DNA of 64,000 nt from Paenibacillus sp. MMS18-CY102 (lineage in GTDB: Bacteria; Bacillota; Bacilli; Paenibacillales; Paenibacillaceae): the NCBI RefSeq assembly GCF_009789195.1, contig NZ_WSTC01000006.1, forward strand, positions 8,126-72,125, read 5' to 3'. The translations under genes were made by a program, and so were the position numbers. This document shows, piece after piece, positions 29,697-38,305 of the stretch (position 1 is its first letter; each line of letters starts with the position of its first letter). Under the pieces are notes generated by a model, which saw nothing but the letters and a program-made list of their open reading frames with translations, made no database searches and was not told the DNA's origin.

Positions 29697-30266
29697 ATGT
29701 CCTGGAGCAAAATGAAGCAGCAGCTAGAGAGCTTTCTCAGTCCTGCGTTAGCTGAACGGTTCGAGTACCGTGCCACCAGCTATCGGTATTTACCGGACAA
29801 AGCAGGCCAATGTTACATCACAGTCGATAAGAAGAACGTCCTCAATATGATTGATACAACGACCTACATCCGATGGTATCAGTCTGAACTGGAAATTAAG
29901 AATGACCCAGCTATCCAGATACCGATCAGTGATGAAGAGTTGGAAACAGTCAGAAAGGAAGCCAATGGAAAAATTCCGGAGGATCGGCTGATCGTCATTG
30001 CAAGAAGCCGCAAAATTACAGAGCTTGCAAAGGAGCTTATGTCAGCCCAGTCTGCCTTAAGCAAATCTAATTTCGTTGTTGTAGCGAATAAGTTTCTGTC
30101 CACCTCAATCGAGGAAAGCATGGAGAGCAATGATATCTTGTTGAATATTTTAGCTTTGGTGGACAGGCGGGTTGGCAAAAAACGAATTTTGAACATGTCC
30201 GAGCAAATCAAGCTAAAGCATCCATGTGTGCAGTATTTTTATGAGCTGCGTCGCAGACTGGTGTGA
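29697..30266 (+). CDS. hypothetical protein (189 aa), 32 nt downstream of the HNH gene
   Basis: No recognisable catalytic motif. Good coding potential; co-oriented with the HNH gene. Confidence 0.4.
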   Translation: MSWSKMKQQLESFLSPALAERFEYRATSYRYLPDKAGQCYITVDKKNVLNMIDTTTYIRWYQSELEIKNDPAIQIPISDEELETVRKEANGKIPEDRLIVIARSRKITELAKELMSAQSALSKSNFVVVANKFLSTSIEESMESNDILLNILALVDRRVGKKRILNMSEQIKLKHPCVQYFYELRRRLV

Positions 30267-30298
30267 TTAACAATTCCCTCTCGAGGGATGGAGGCAGT

Positions 30299-30847
30299 AT
30301 GACTAGACGAGAACGAGTGACAGCAGGTTTTTTATATGGCATTTTCATTTGTTACATCATTTTTTTAATTAAATTGTTGTTCTTATCAAGAGTTTCACTT
30401 GTGGATTTGTTTGATAGCCAAAGGGCTGCCATTCGATCGATCAATCTTATCCCCTTTAAGAGTATCAAGGATTATATGGTTGACGACCCTGCGACGATAA
30501 GAAGATTCGCATTTAGTAATGTGGTTGGCAATATCGTTATTTTTATCCCTCTTGGCATCTTTTTGTTAGTATTCAAAAATGGTAAACGAATAATGGCCAA
30601 TGTGTTATTACTATTCCTAGTGAGTTTATTCGTTGAAATTATGCAGTGGCTGTTAGGCATTGGCGTAGCGGACATTGATGACATCATTTTAAATAGTTTG
30701 GGCGGATGGATTGGCATTGTAGGATGTAAGTTGTTATTCGTTATATTACGGGATAAGAGAAGAGTACGTACTGTAATCACCATGCTGTCTGCCATAGGAT
30801 TGCCTGCTATATTGTACATACTATTTATGGTGAAATTGCGCCTCTAA
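30299..30847 (+). CDS. VanZ-like family membrane protein
   Basis: Four to five TM segments with the conserved VanZ core VEIMQWLLGIGVADIDDIILNSLGGWIG. Start MTRRE with a GGATGGAGG RBS. Confidence 0.6.
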   Translation: MTRRERVTAGFLYGIFICYIIFLIKLLFLSRVSLVDLFDSQRAAIRSINLIPFKSIKDYMVDDPATIRRFAFSNVVGNIVIFIPLGIFLLVFKNGKRIMANVLLLFLVSLFVEIMQWLLGIGVADIDDIILNSLGGWIGIVGCKLLFVILRDKRRVRTVITMLSAIGLPAILYILFMVKLRL

Positions 30848-30857
30848 AGCTCCACCA

Positions 30858-30892
30858 TGTAAGCCCGACCATAAGGCCTGGGCTTTTTTGTG
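30858..30892 (+). terminator. probable rho-independent terminator
   Basis: aagcccgacc...ggcctgggc followed by T6. Confidence 0.4.
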
Positions 30893-31086
30893 TGCGGCAA
30901 AATAGAAAACTTTTCCCCGTCGTAATACTTTCGCCATGTTCGCCGTTGCCAAAATAAGCGAATATAGGATACGAGTGATGACACGGAAACGTTACCTCGG
31001 CTGGGATCTCCAAATGATCCGGCAGTGCTTGCCACGCTGTGAGCAAGTATCCTGTAACGCTGCTTCCGGCATTTCTCACACAATGC

Positions 31087-31155
31087 ATGGGTTCGAATCC
31101 CATATCGCTATTCCAGCGATTAACTCAGTGGTAGAGTACTCGACTGTTAATCGAG
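31087..31155 (+). other. rearranged tRNA-like element: T-arm + 3' acceptor fragment fused to the 5' acceptor-D-anticodon(GTT, Asn) portion; not an intact tRNA
   Basis: 31087-31110 reads atggg-TTCGAAT-cccat-atcgcta (canonical T-arm plus a 3' acceptor strand). 31114-31155 reads cagcgat-ta-actc-agtggta-gagt-a-ctcga-CTGTTAA-tcgag (5' acceptor, D-arm GTGGTAGAG, anticodon loop with GTT). There is no T-arm after the anticodon arm and no CCA. Confidence 0.45.
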
Positions 31156-31451
31156 AGAAACGACAATCCTATTAGGCCTGTTAGCGGGAATCCTCGGCCA
31201 GCCTTCGGGCAGGCGCTGGTCAAGTTGCTATGCAGCCTGCGGATACCGGGTGGGAGAAAGGTACTGAGCCACGTAATGGCAAGATGGTCGAGGCCGGGCT
31301 GAAAGCGAGCGCGTCGTCATCATCTACAACATTCCATGTGCAGGTACAGCTATTCCATCCTTAAGCTAGGCTCCGCATCTGGATCAGGGGGATTTCCATA
31401 TCAAGGCCGCACACGAACAACAAGCAGGGTTATGAAATGAGGGGATTAAAG

Positions 31452-32564
31452 ATGTTTAAGAAGATGATCGTCAAAACGGACGAACGGGGATTATTGTTTA
31501 AGAAGGGCAGCTATGTGAAGCATTTGCAGCCCGGCGTGCATCGTCTGGCTACATTTTCCGATGATGAAGTTGTGCTATTGAATGTGACGAAGCCTTTCGC
31601 CGTGCAGGGGAAGGATCTGAATTTATTTCTTAAGGATGAGCAATTGCTAACGGAGCTGACCGTTATTAACGTGCAGGACCATGAGTACGTGCTTCATTAC
31701 GAGGATGGCAAGTTCGTTGCGCTGCTTACTCCGGGCAAATACGCTTTCTGGAATGTGCTGAAGCAGCATGATTTTAAGCGAGTCGATATCCGCCAGCCGA
31801 TGGTTGGCGCCGAGATCGATGAAGCCATATTTGCCAAAGTCGTGGGCTACCTCTACGCGTCCGAAGTGGCGAGCCACGAGACGGGCGTGCTGTTCTACAA
31901 CAATGTGATGCAGAGGGAGCTTGCGCCGGGGAAATACTATTTCTGGAGAGGGCCTGTGCAGGCAGCTGTAAAGACGGTGGATTTGCGCCACCAACAGCTG
32001 GACATGACGGGGCAAGAGATTATGACGGAGGATAAGGTGACGCTTCGCTTAAACTTCGTCTGCCAGTACAAAATCGTTGAGCCGCTGCGCGCACTGGAGT
32101 TCAAAGCGTTCGAGGATCAGGTGTATATTCTGTTGCAGCTGATTTTGCGGGAATATGTCGGGACCTTGAAGCTCGATGACCTGTTGCGGATGAAGCAAGA
32201 GATCGCGGCGTTCGTGCTGTCCCGCCTGAATGAGAAGAGCGAGGAGTACGGGGTGAAATTTTTTGCTGCTGGCGTGAAAGATATTATTTTGCCGGGGGAC
32301 ATCAAGGAGATTCTGAACACGGTGCTGCTGGCAGAGAAGAAGGCGCAAGCGAACCTGATTACCCGTCGCGAGGAAACAGCGTCCACCCGCAGCCTGCTTA
32401 ACACAGCGAAGCTGATGGATGAGAACCAGACGTTGTTCCGCTTGAAGGAGCTGGAGTTCCTTGAGAAAATTTGCGAGAAGATCGGGACGATCTCGCTCAC
32501 GGGCGGAGGCAATCTGCTGGAGCAGCTGAATTCGTTGCTTGCAGGGGCGGGTGCGAAGCAGTAG
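31452..32564 (+). CDS. SPFH/band-7 (stomatin/flotillin-like) domain protein with about 170-aa N-terminal extension
   Basis: The C-terminal half has a band-7 signature (ILPGDIKEILNTVLLAEKKAQANLITRREETAS) and a coiled-coil tail. Start MFKKMIV with a GAGGGGA RBS. Confidence 0.55.
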   Translation: MFKKMIVKTDERGLLFKKGSYVKHLQPGVHRLATFSDDEVVLLNVTKPFAVQGKDLNLFLKDEQLLTELTVINVQDHEYVLHYEDGKFVALLTPGKYAFWNVLKQHDFKRVDIRQPMVGAEIDEAIFAKVVGYLYASEVASHETGVLFYNNVMQRELAPGKYYFWRGPVQAAVKTVDLRHQQLDMTGQEIMTEDKVTLRLNFVCQYKIVEPLRALEFKAFEDQVYILLQLILREYVGTLKLDDLLRMKQEIAAFVLSRLNEKSEEYGVKFFAAGVKDIILPGDIKEILNTVLLAEKKAQANLITRREETASTRSLLNTAKLMDENQTLFRLKELEFLEKICEKIGTISLTGGGNLLEQLNSLLAGAGAKQ

Positions 32565-32615
32565 CGGCAATAGAGTAGAGCTGGTGGAAGGTGGTTGCTT
32601 TCGGGACATTTTTTC

Positions 32616-32798
32616 TAACGGACTCAGGAGCCGTTATTCCCCTCCAAAAGCACCCGTTACAAATGTAACGGACCCAGCAGCCGTTATTTAGCGATTTTGC
32701 TGCCTCGTGGGGGGCGAATTGGCCAAATAGCGGCGCCTCGGTCCGTTAGCGCGAAAAAGTGACTGATTTTGATCAAATAAGGGCTGCTGGGTCCGTTA
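32616..32798. repeat. array of four TAACGG-N9-CCGTTA palindromic units (copy A of an about 190-bp element)
   Basis: Units at 32616-32636, 32666-32686, 32728-32748 (tagcgg variant) and 32778-32798 (taaggg variant). A 26-nt stretch, ttctaacggactcaggagccgttatt, is identical to the second locus. Confidence 0.6.
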
Positions 32799-32990
32799 GA
32801 ATCTCCAACATACGGTTTCTGTTTGTTTTACAACTCAAATAAGGGTGTCCTAAAGTCTACGCTTTCGGGACACTCTTATTTGTTTGTCTTCAAAAAAAGC
32901 TGGTTTTGCACGATAATAAAGAATATTCCTCTTACTGGAAATGACCGTTTAGAAAAGGAATCGAGAAATTGTGTTTAAGGAGGAACTGAG

Positions 32991-34058
32991 ATGAACGAGG
33001 AAGTAAACGCTAGCGGGTGGGACGCCATTGAACATGCGGTGTCGAAGCTGTATGGCGATCAGGAGCCGAAGCATTATGGGACGCTTGTTTCCTATCGGCT
33101 GGGCGGGAACGATCCGCTTGATGGCATCAGTGCCTATAGGGCGGAGCAGCCTTTCCCTCATTGGCATTTTGTTACGTATGGATTTTCGGAGCTGTATGAT
33201 AAGGAACTGGACGATGCCAAGACCAGCGGTTACGGGTTTGAGCTGACTTTTCGGCTCGCGCGCGAGGATTCGGAAGAAGAGCCTCCGGCTTGGGCGCTGA
33301 GCTTGCTGCAAAATATGGGGAGATATGTGTTCAGGAGCGGGAACGTTTTTCGGGCGGGCGATTATTTGGATGCGAATGGGCCGATCTGCCTGGGAGCCGA
33401 CACGCAGCTGACAGCGCTAGCGTTCGTTGAGGACCCGGAGCTTCCGGCGATGGATACGCCCAATGGCCATGTCCAGTTTTTGCAAATGGCTGGCATTACA
33501 GGCAGTGAGCTCGAAGCGATGCAGGCGTGGAATACGCTCGGCGTACTGAATGCTTGCGAGGCATACAAGCCTAGCCGTTATATGACGGATCTGGCGCGGG
33601 GCTGCTTCACAGAGGTTCCGGTTATTACGGAGATGGTGCAAAACGGGATGGAGCGGGACGGCTCCAACACGGGCTTTTTATACGTGGACCAATTGGGGTG
33701 GGAGCCGCCTAAGAAGCGCTTGCTCAGTAAGGCACCAGCCGTGCTGAAGCTAGGGGCCAAGCAGGCCGGAATCGTCGGCAAGCTGCTGGCAGGCCGCATT
33801 CGTAAAGGGAAATCCCTTTATTTATCAGGTCCGGGCATTCGGGTGGTGTTGGAGCCGGGGGAGAAAGCAGGCTTCGAGGATAAAGGAGAGGACGGGGTCC
33901 GCATTACGCTGGATGAGGCGAGCGCCATCGAATGGTCCCAGAAGCTACAGCCGAAGGAAGGCATGGTTGAGTTGTCTGCTTTCAAAGGGATGGTCTTGCA
34001 AGTTGTGAAAACCTACATAAAAGATGAGGCCGGAAATGTTGTTTCAACGATTGGCTAG
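32991..34058 (+). CDS. SUFU-like (suppressor-of-fused family) protein, putative polymorphic-toxin immunity protein
   Basis: N-terminus SGWDAIEHAVSKLYGDQEPKHYGTLVSYRLGGNDPLDGISAYRAEQPFPHWHFVTYGFSEL matches the bacterial SUFU domain signature (GWDAI...LY...EP.H.GT...GG.DPLDGISvY). Confidence 0.6.
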   Translation: MNEEVNASGWDAIEHAVSKLYGDQEPKHYGTLVSYRLGGNDPLDGISAYRAEQPFPHWHFVTYGFSELYDKELDDAKTSGYGFELTFRLAREDSEEEPPAWALSLLQNMGRYVFRSGNVFRAGDYLDANGPICLGADTQLTALAFVEDPELPAMDTPNGHVQFLQMAGITGSELEAMQAWNTLGVLNACEAYKPSRYMTDLARGCFTEVPVITEMVQNGMERDGSNTGFLYVDQLGWEPPKKRLLSKAPAVLKLGAKQAGIVGKLLAGRIRKGKSLYLSGPGIRVVLEPGEKAGFEDKGEDGVRITLDEASAIEWSQKLQPKEGMVELSAFKGMVLQVVKTYIKDEAGNVVSTIG

Positions 34059-34110
34059 CTGTAGGTTTGTGAAGGAGCCCGCACTCCAACAGCAAATCGA
34101 AGCATTCCTG

Positions 34111-34359
34111 ATGGATGGCTCAACGAAGTATGATGCTTATAGCTCGATGTATGTGTGTCCGGCTTGCCGGGGCATTCAAAATGAATTGTACATTGAGATG
34201 CAGTCGGATACGTCTGCGTACAAACATGTTTGTAGTTGCAAAAGGTGTGGAATGGTTATGGAGCAGGCGGAGGTTGAGCATAGTGGACCTGTTCTTGTAA
34301 GTTGCCCGGAATGTAGCGAAGGCAAGCTGACGGCTGAGTTTTATATGGATAGGGATTAA
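34111..34359 (+). CDS. small Cys-rich zinc-ribbon protein (start uncertain; ORF open from 34024)
   Basis: Three CxxC pairs (CPACRG, CSCKRCG, CPECSEG). Overlaps the SUFU gene end. No convincing RBS. Confidence 0.35.
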   Translation: MDGSTKYDAYSSMYVCPACRGIQNELYIEMQSDTSAYKHVCSCKRCGMVMEQAEVEHSGPVLVSCPECSEGKLTAEFYMDRD

Positions 34360-34451
34360 TGAGGTGCAAGCCACAAAGAAACCCCCGCGTCTAAATAATG
34401 CGAGGGTCTCTTTGCATGCAATAGGGCCATTCAAAACACTCGGATGGTCTC

Positions 34452-35684
34452 TTAAAACGCCCAATTCCCCTTACGGAACACCGGCTCGGCCTTGCCATCC
34501 TTCGTAATGCCGTCAATATCCATCTCGGCTGAGCCGATCATGAAGTCAACATGCAGGATGCTCTGGTTAAGACCGGCTTGCTCCAGCTCTTCGCGAGACA
34601 TGGCGGTGCCGCCTTGCACGCAGGTTGGATAAGCATTGCCCAAGGCTAGATGGTTGGAAGCATTTTCGTCGAACAGCGTGTTGAAGAAAATGATGTTCGA
34701 ATCGGAGATTGGCGACCGATGTGGAACGAGCGCAGCTTCCCCTAGGTAACGCGAGTGGTTATCCAAGTCCAGCATCGTCTTAAGCGATTCGTAGCCTTTC
34801 TCGGCTTCGAAATCGACTACGCGGCCATCAGCGAACGTCAGGCTGAAGTTCTCGATCAGGCTTCCTTGGTAGCTCAGCGGCTTAGTGCTTCGCACGGTTC
34901 CGTTCGAGCCGTTTCGATGCGGCGCCGTATAAACTTCCTCGGTAGGCACGTTCGGGTTGAACGTATTGCCTCGCTCGTTTTTCGAAATGCCCCCGTTCCA
35001 CAGGTGATTGTCCGGCAGCTCGATAATAAGATCCGTTCCGGGAGCCCGGTAATGAAGCTTCTTGTACTGTTTGCTGTCCAAATAAGCGCGCTTGGCGAGC
35101 AAGAAGTTGTTATGCTCCTCCCAGGCAAGCACGGGATCGTCCAGTTTGACGCGAACCGCGCGGAAAATCGCTTCCCATAACGCTTCGACAGCCGCTTGCG
35201 TATCCAGCTCGGGGAAGACGAGCTTCGCCCAGTTGTCCGAAGGAGCCGCAACGATCGACCAAGTCATTCGTTTCGAAGACATGTAGGTTCTAAACGTGGA
35301 GAGAGCAGCGGAGGCGACACGCGAATAGTCCGCAAGCCGCTTAGGGTTGACGCCTTTGAGCAGCTCGGGATCGTCGGACTTGATAAGCAAATAAGCGCCG
35401 CCTTGCTCCGCTAATTCGGTCATAGCTGCCGCCCGCCACGCCGGATATTGCTCGAACGCTTCGTTCGGGGCAAGGCCGTAGGTTAGCTTCGAAAGCTGCT
35501 CGTCCTGCCATTCGACATGGATGCGTTTTGCCCCCTCTTCATAGGCCCGCTTCACAATGAGGCGCACGAGGTCCGGAAGATGGATGGGCGCGTTGATCCA
35601 AAGATCTTGTCCCCGTTGAATATGTATCGCTGTTCGGACGATGAGGTCGGCGTATTTTTCCAAATCTGCGTTTGTTGGCATCAT
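34452..35684 (-). CDS. M29-family aminopeptidase (AmpS/PepS-like)
   Basis: N-terminus MPTNADLEKYADLIVRTAIHIQRGQDLWI is typical of thermophilic-metalloprotease M29 family enzymes. Start ATG after an AAAGGAGG RBS. Confidence 0.7.
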   Translation of the reverse strand: MMPTNADLEKYADLIVRTAIHIQRGQDLWINAPIHLPDLVRLIVKRAYEEGAKRIHVEWQDEQLSKLTYGLAPNEAFEQYPAWRAAAMTELAEQGGAYLLIKSDDPELLKGVNPKRLADYSRVASAALSTFRTYMSSKRMTWSIVAAPSDNWAKLVFPELDTQAAVEALWEAIFRAVRVKLDDPVLAWEEHNNFLLAKRAYLDSKQYKKLHYRAPGTDLIIELPDNHLWNGGISKNERGNTFNPNVPTEEVYTAPHRNGSNGTVRSTKPLSYQGSLIENFSLTFADGRVVDFEAEKGYESLKTMLDLDNHSRYLGEAALVPHRSPISDSNIIFFNTLFDENASNHLALGNAYPTCVQGGTAMSREELEQAGLNQSILHVDFMIGSAEMDIDGITKDGKAEPVFRKGNWAF

Positions 35685-35972
35685 GCATTCCTCCTTTATT
35701 AAGGAGAGTGTACCACTCTTGGGGATGGTGAACCAGTTTAAGGTTAGTTGCACCAACAACCACTATCCCTTATATTATTCTCAAGTGGGGGGTGTTAAAC
35801 ATGGCAGTTCGCGATTGCCAGATTGCACTGTCTCGTGCAAAGCCTATGAAATAGGGCGATACTTTGCATGGGGCGTAACGATGATAGAATCGCCCAGACG
35901 AGCATTTGTCGTTTCTAATAATGGGTTTTGCACCTTATTTCTTGTGCTAACACAAAATAAGGAGCTGAGAAC

Positions 35973-36626
35973 ATGAACGTACCATTTATTAGAAACCATC
36001 AATATAACTTCATGAAGAAGCATGTTGATAAATTGCAGCAAGCTTGCCAAGCGGCGACTGATCCTAAAGTGGTGGAAGCGATACGGTCCAGCGCGATATT
36101 CGAGATTATGGAACAGTTTCCGGATGCAACAGATTGGCAAAAGGAACTGGTCGAGCGAATAGCGGAGCTGCGGTCGAGCGAAGATTGCCGGAAGTATATA
36201 AGCGCGTTGGAGCCGTATATGATGGAGTTTCCGCGTGTAACGGAGAAGCAGATTCAGAAGCTATTTCCGAAAGTGAAGAAGCTCAAGGTTCCGAACTTAG
36301 CCTCGATTGATTACCGTTATGTGACTTATCTCAGTTGGATCGATATTGGAACGAATAAGCTGTTCATCGTCTATCCTCGCGATGGGCAATGGATCGGCAT
36401 CGAGGGCAGGAATACGCCGACCAACAAGAAGGGCTACTGCTGCATCTGTAATCGGCACGGGGAGCTTAGCTTGGTAACGGCCATAACCAAAACAAAACCG
36501 TCCAATGCCTCACCTGACTATTACAAAGCGGTTGGCAATTATATGTGCTCGAATAGTGAGTCGTGTAATAAGAATATTTCGGATCAAGCGAGTTTGGAAC
36601 GGTTTATCGATAATGTTATAGGATAA
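35973..36626 (+). CDS. FusB/FusC-family elongation-factor-G-binding protein (fusidic-acid-resistance type)
   Basis: N-terminus PFIRNHQYNFMKKHVDKL, central KLFPKVKKLKVP, and a C-terminal 4-Cys zinc-binding region (GYCCICNRHG...YMCSNSESCNK), as in FusB-type proteins. Confidence 0.6.
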   Translation: MNVPFIRNHQYNFMKKHVDKLQQACQAATDPKVVEAIRSSAIFEIMEQFPDATDWQKELVERIAELRSSEDCRKYISALEPYMMEFPRVTEKQIQKLFPKVKKLKVPNLASIDYRYVTYLSWIDIGTNKLFIVYPRDGQWIGIEGRNTPTNKKGYCCICNRHGELSLVTAITKTKPSNASPDYYKAVGNYMCSNSESCNKNISDQASLERFIDNVIG

Positions 36627-36645
36627 TCAATGTGATGCGTTAAAA

Positions 36646-36685
36646 TAGAAGGAGCGGGCCTGTTAGGCTGCGCTCCTTTTTGTGT
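36646..36685 (+). terminator. rho-independent terminator
   Basis: aggagcgggcctgttaggctgcgctcct followed by ttttg. Confidence 0.5.
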
Positions 36686-36817
36686 GACAATACTTGTGTG
36701 CCGCTGGCATACAGTCACCCTGGATTTTTAAATATAAGCAGAACGCGTTGCAAACGCCCAGCTCCATCGTTTATTCTGGTAGAACCATCTCAATGCTTAG
36801 GAGTTGTCTGAAACGTT

Positions 36818-37987
36818 ATGATAAAAAAAGAACTCGCGCATATTCGTAAGCAGTTTAAGCTGGATCACGAGATGCTGCATCTCTACGAAATTCTCAACGT
36901 GTATATTATGAAGGAAACGAACGAGATTTATCATTACGAACGCCAGCCGTTCGCGATGTTGGAGCGGGAGAAGCAAGAGCTGTACATGGGCAATTTCAAA
37001 AAGCTGCTGACCGGCGAATTAGACCAGAAGATGTTCGAGCTAACGTTTCAGGCAGAGGCGGAGGAGGGTGAGCTTTCGCGCATCCTGCTTCATCAAGCGC
37101 TTGTAACTGGCGACCCTGATGAATGGCATGATTTGATGATCCTTCTGGTGGAAAAAATGATGGCGAATACGGCTTATGAGCGGGATACGGTCATTACGTT
37201 CGTCCGTGGCCAGTATTCTCGTCCGACCCAGGCTCGCAACGACGAAGCAGAGACGACCGGCAAGGATGAAATGTTTTCCCATCCGTTCATCCTGTGCAGC
37301 GTAAATTCCACGGAGCATCACCGCAAAACGCTCATGTTTGACTATGTCGAGCGGGAATATAAATATAATGTTTTCGTAGATCCGATCGTTAAATTAAACA
37401 CACCGGAGCAAGGCTTCTTCTTCCCGAGCGTGACGGATAACTATTCCGACATTAATCGGATTCTGTATTGTTCAGGGAAAGCGAATGAACCGAATTGGCA
37501 TTTCATCGATAAGGTGTTGAATGCGGAGAAGACGGTGACGGCGTATGAAGAACGGGCTATTTTCGAGGAAATTGTGAAGGAAGTGGCTGGGGAGCAGTTC
37601 GACGCCTCAACGATTGCGCAGGTGTATGAGGAAATTCATCAGTTGATCGAGGACCATGAGGGGGAAGAGCCTCCAAAGCTGGATTATACCGATGTGGAGC
37701 GCGTGCTAACGGTAAGCGGCGTCGAAAATGTGACGAAGGAAAAGGTGGAGCAAGCTTTCCAAACGATCACCGACGACAAATATTATGAGATGAAAGCGAG
37801 CAGCGTCATTCCGAAGTTTACCTCGAAATCGATTAAGATTGAGACGAAGGTAGCGACGATTTCGATCAGCCCGCAAGATTTGAGATATGTGAAGCAAGTG
37901 AATTATCAAGGAAAACGATGCATCCTCATCGAGGTTGATGAAGATGCAGTAATTGAAGGGTTTACGTTAAATACGGAGACGTTGTAG
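36818..37987 (+). CDS. hypothetical protein (389 aa; Firmicutes DUF-type, possibly DUF4317-like)
   Basis: Strong coding signal, no catalytic motifs recognised. The family assignment is from memory only. Confidence 0.4.
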   Translation: MIKKELAHIRKQFKLDHEMLHLYEILNVYIMKETNEIYHYERQPFAMLEREKQELYMGNFKKLLTGELDQKMFELTFQAEAEEGELSRILLHQALVTGDPDEWHDLMILLVEKMMANTAYERDTVITFVRGQYSRPTQARNDEAETTGKDEMFSHPFILCSVNSTEHHRKTLMFDYVEREYKYNVFVDPIVKLNTPEQGFFFPSVTDNYSDINRILYCSGKANEPNWHFIDKVLNAEKTVTAYEERAIFEEIVKEVAGEQFDASTIAQVYEEIHQLIEDHEGEEPPKLDYTDVERVLTVSGVENVTKEKVEQAFQTITDDKYYEMKASSVIPKFTSKSIKIETKVATISISPQDLRYVKQVNYQGKRCILIEVDEDAVIEGFTLNTETL

Positions 37988-38305
37988 CCTTCATATATCG
38001 GTTATTATTGCCTCGGCGCTGGCGCGTTGAGGCTTATTTGTCGTATTTTGTCGCGATAGGTCCATAGATGGCCGTCATGATCGCTCATGCGCTTAAGCTG
38101 CCTGTCGAATCGCAAGTAGAGGTAGGGAATTTGATTTCATCTCGCAATCTTTGGCATAACTAACATGCTAGAGCAGCTCCCGTCATGGGGGCTCTCTTTT
38201 GTTTCGTTGCATCCATTAACTATGATACGATAGGCGATAATGGCAGCATCGCTGGCTTTTACGATAAGGGAACCATCCTAGAAGATAAGGAAGTGTTATC
38301 CAACA

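Noticed and set aside
31087-31190. An intact tRNA-Asn gene
   Set aside because: The anticodon arm at 31139-31155 is not followed by a variable loop and T-arm; the downstream sequence cannot form TTCRANY-type pairing. The only T-arm lies upstream of the 5' acceptor strand, so no conventional tRNA can be folded.
32049-32609. 186-aa and 131-aa minus-strand ORFs overlapping the SPFH-domain gene
   Set aside because: They are shadow ORFs in a GC-rich gene, with a Gln/Leu/Arg-rich low-complexity translation and no RBS.
32616-32798. Possibility that the palindrome arrays are a CRISPR array
   Set aside because: The units are themselves palindromes with variable cores. Spacing is irregular (about 30 to about 45 nt). 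Only four units occur per locus, and no cas genes are nearby. The architecture fits REP/operator-like repeats, not repeat-spacer arrays.
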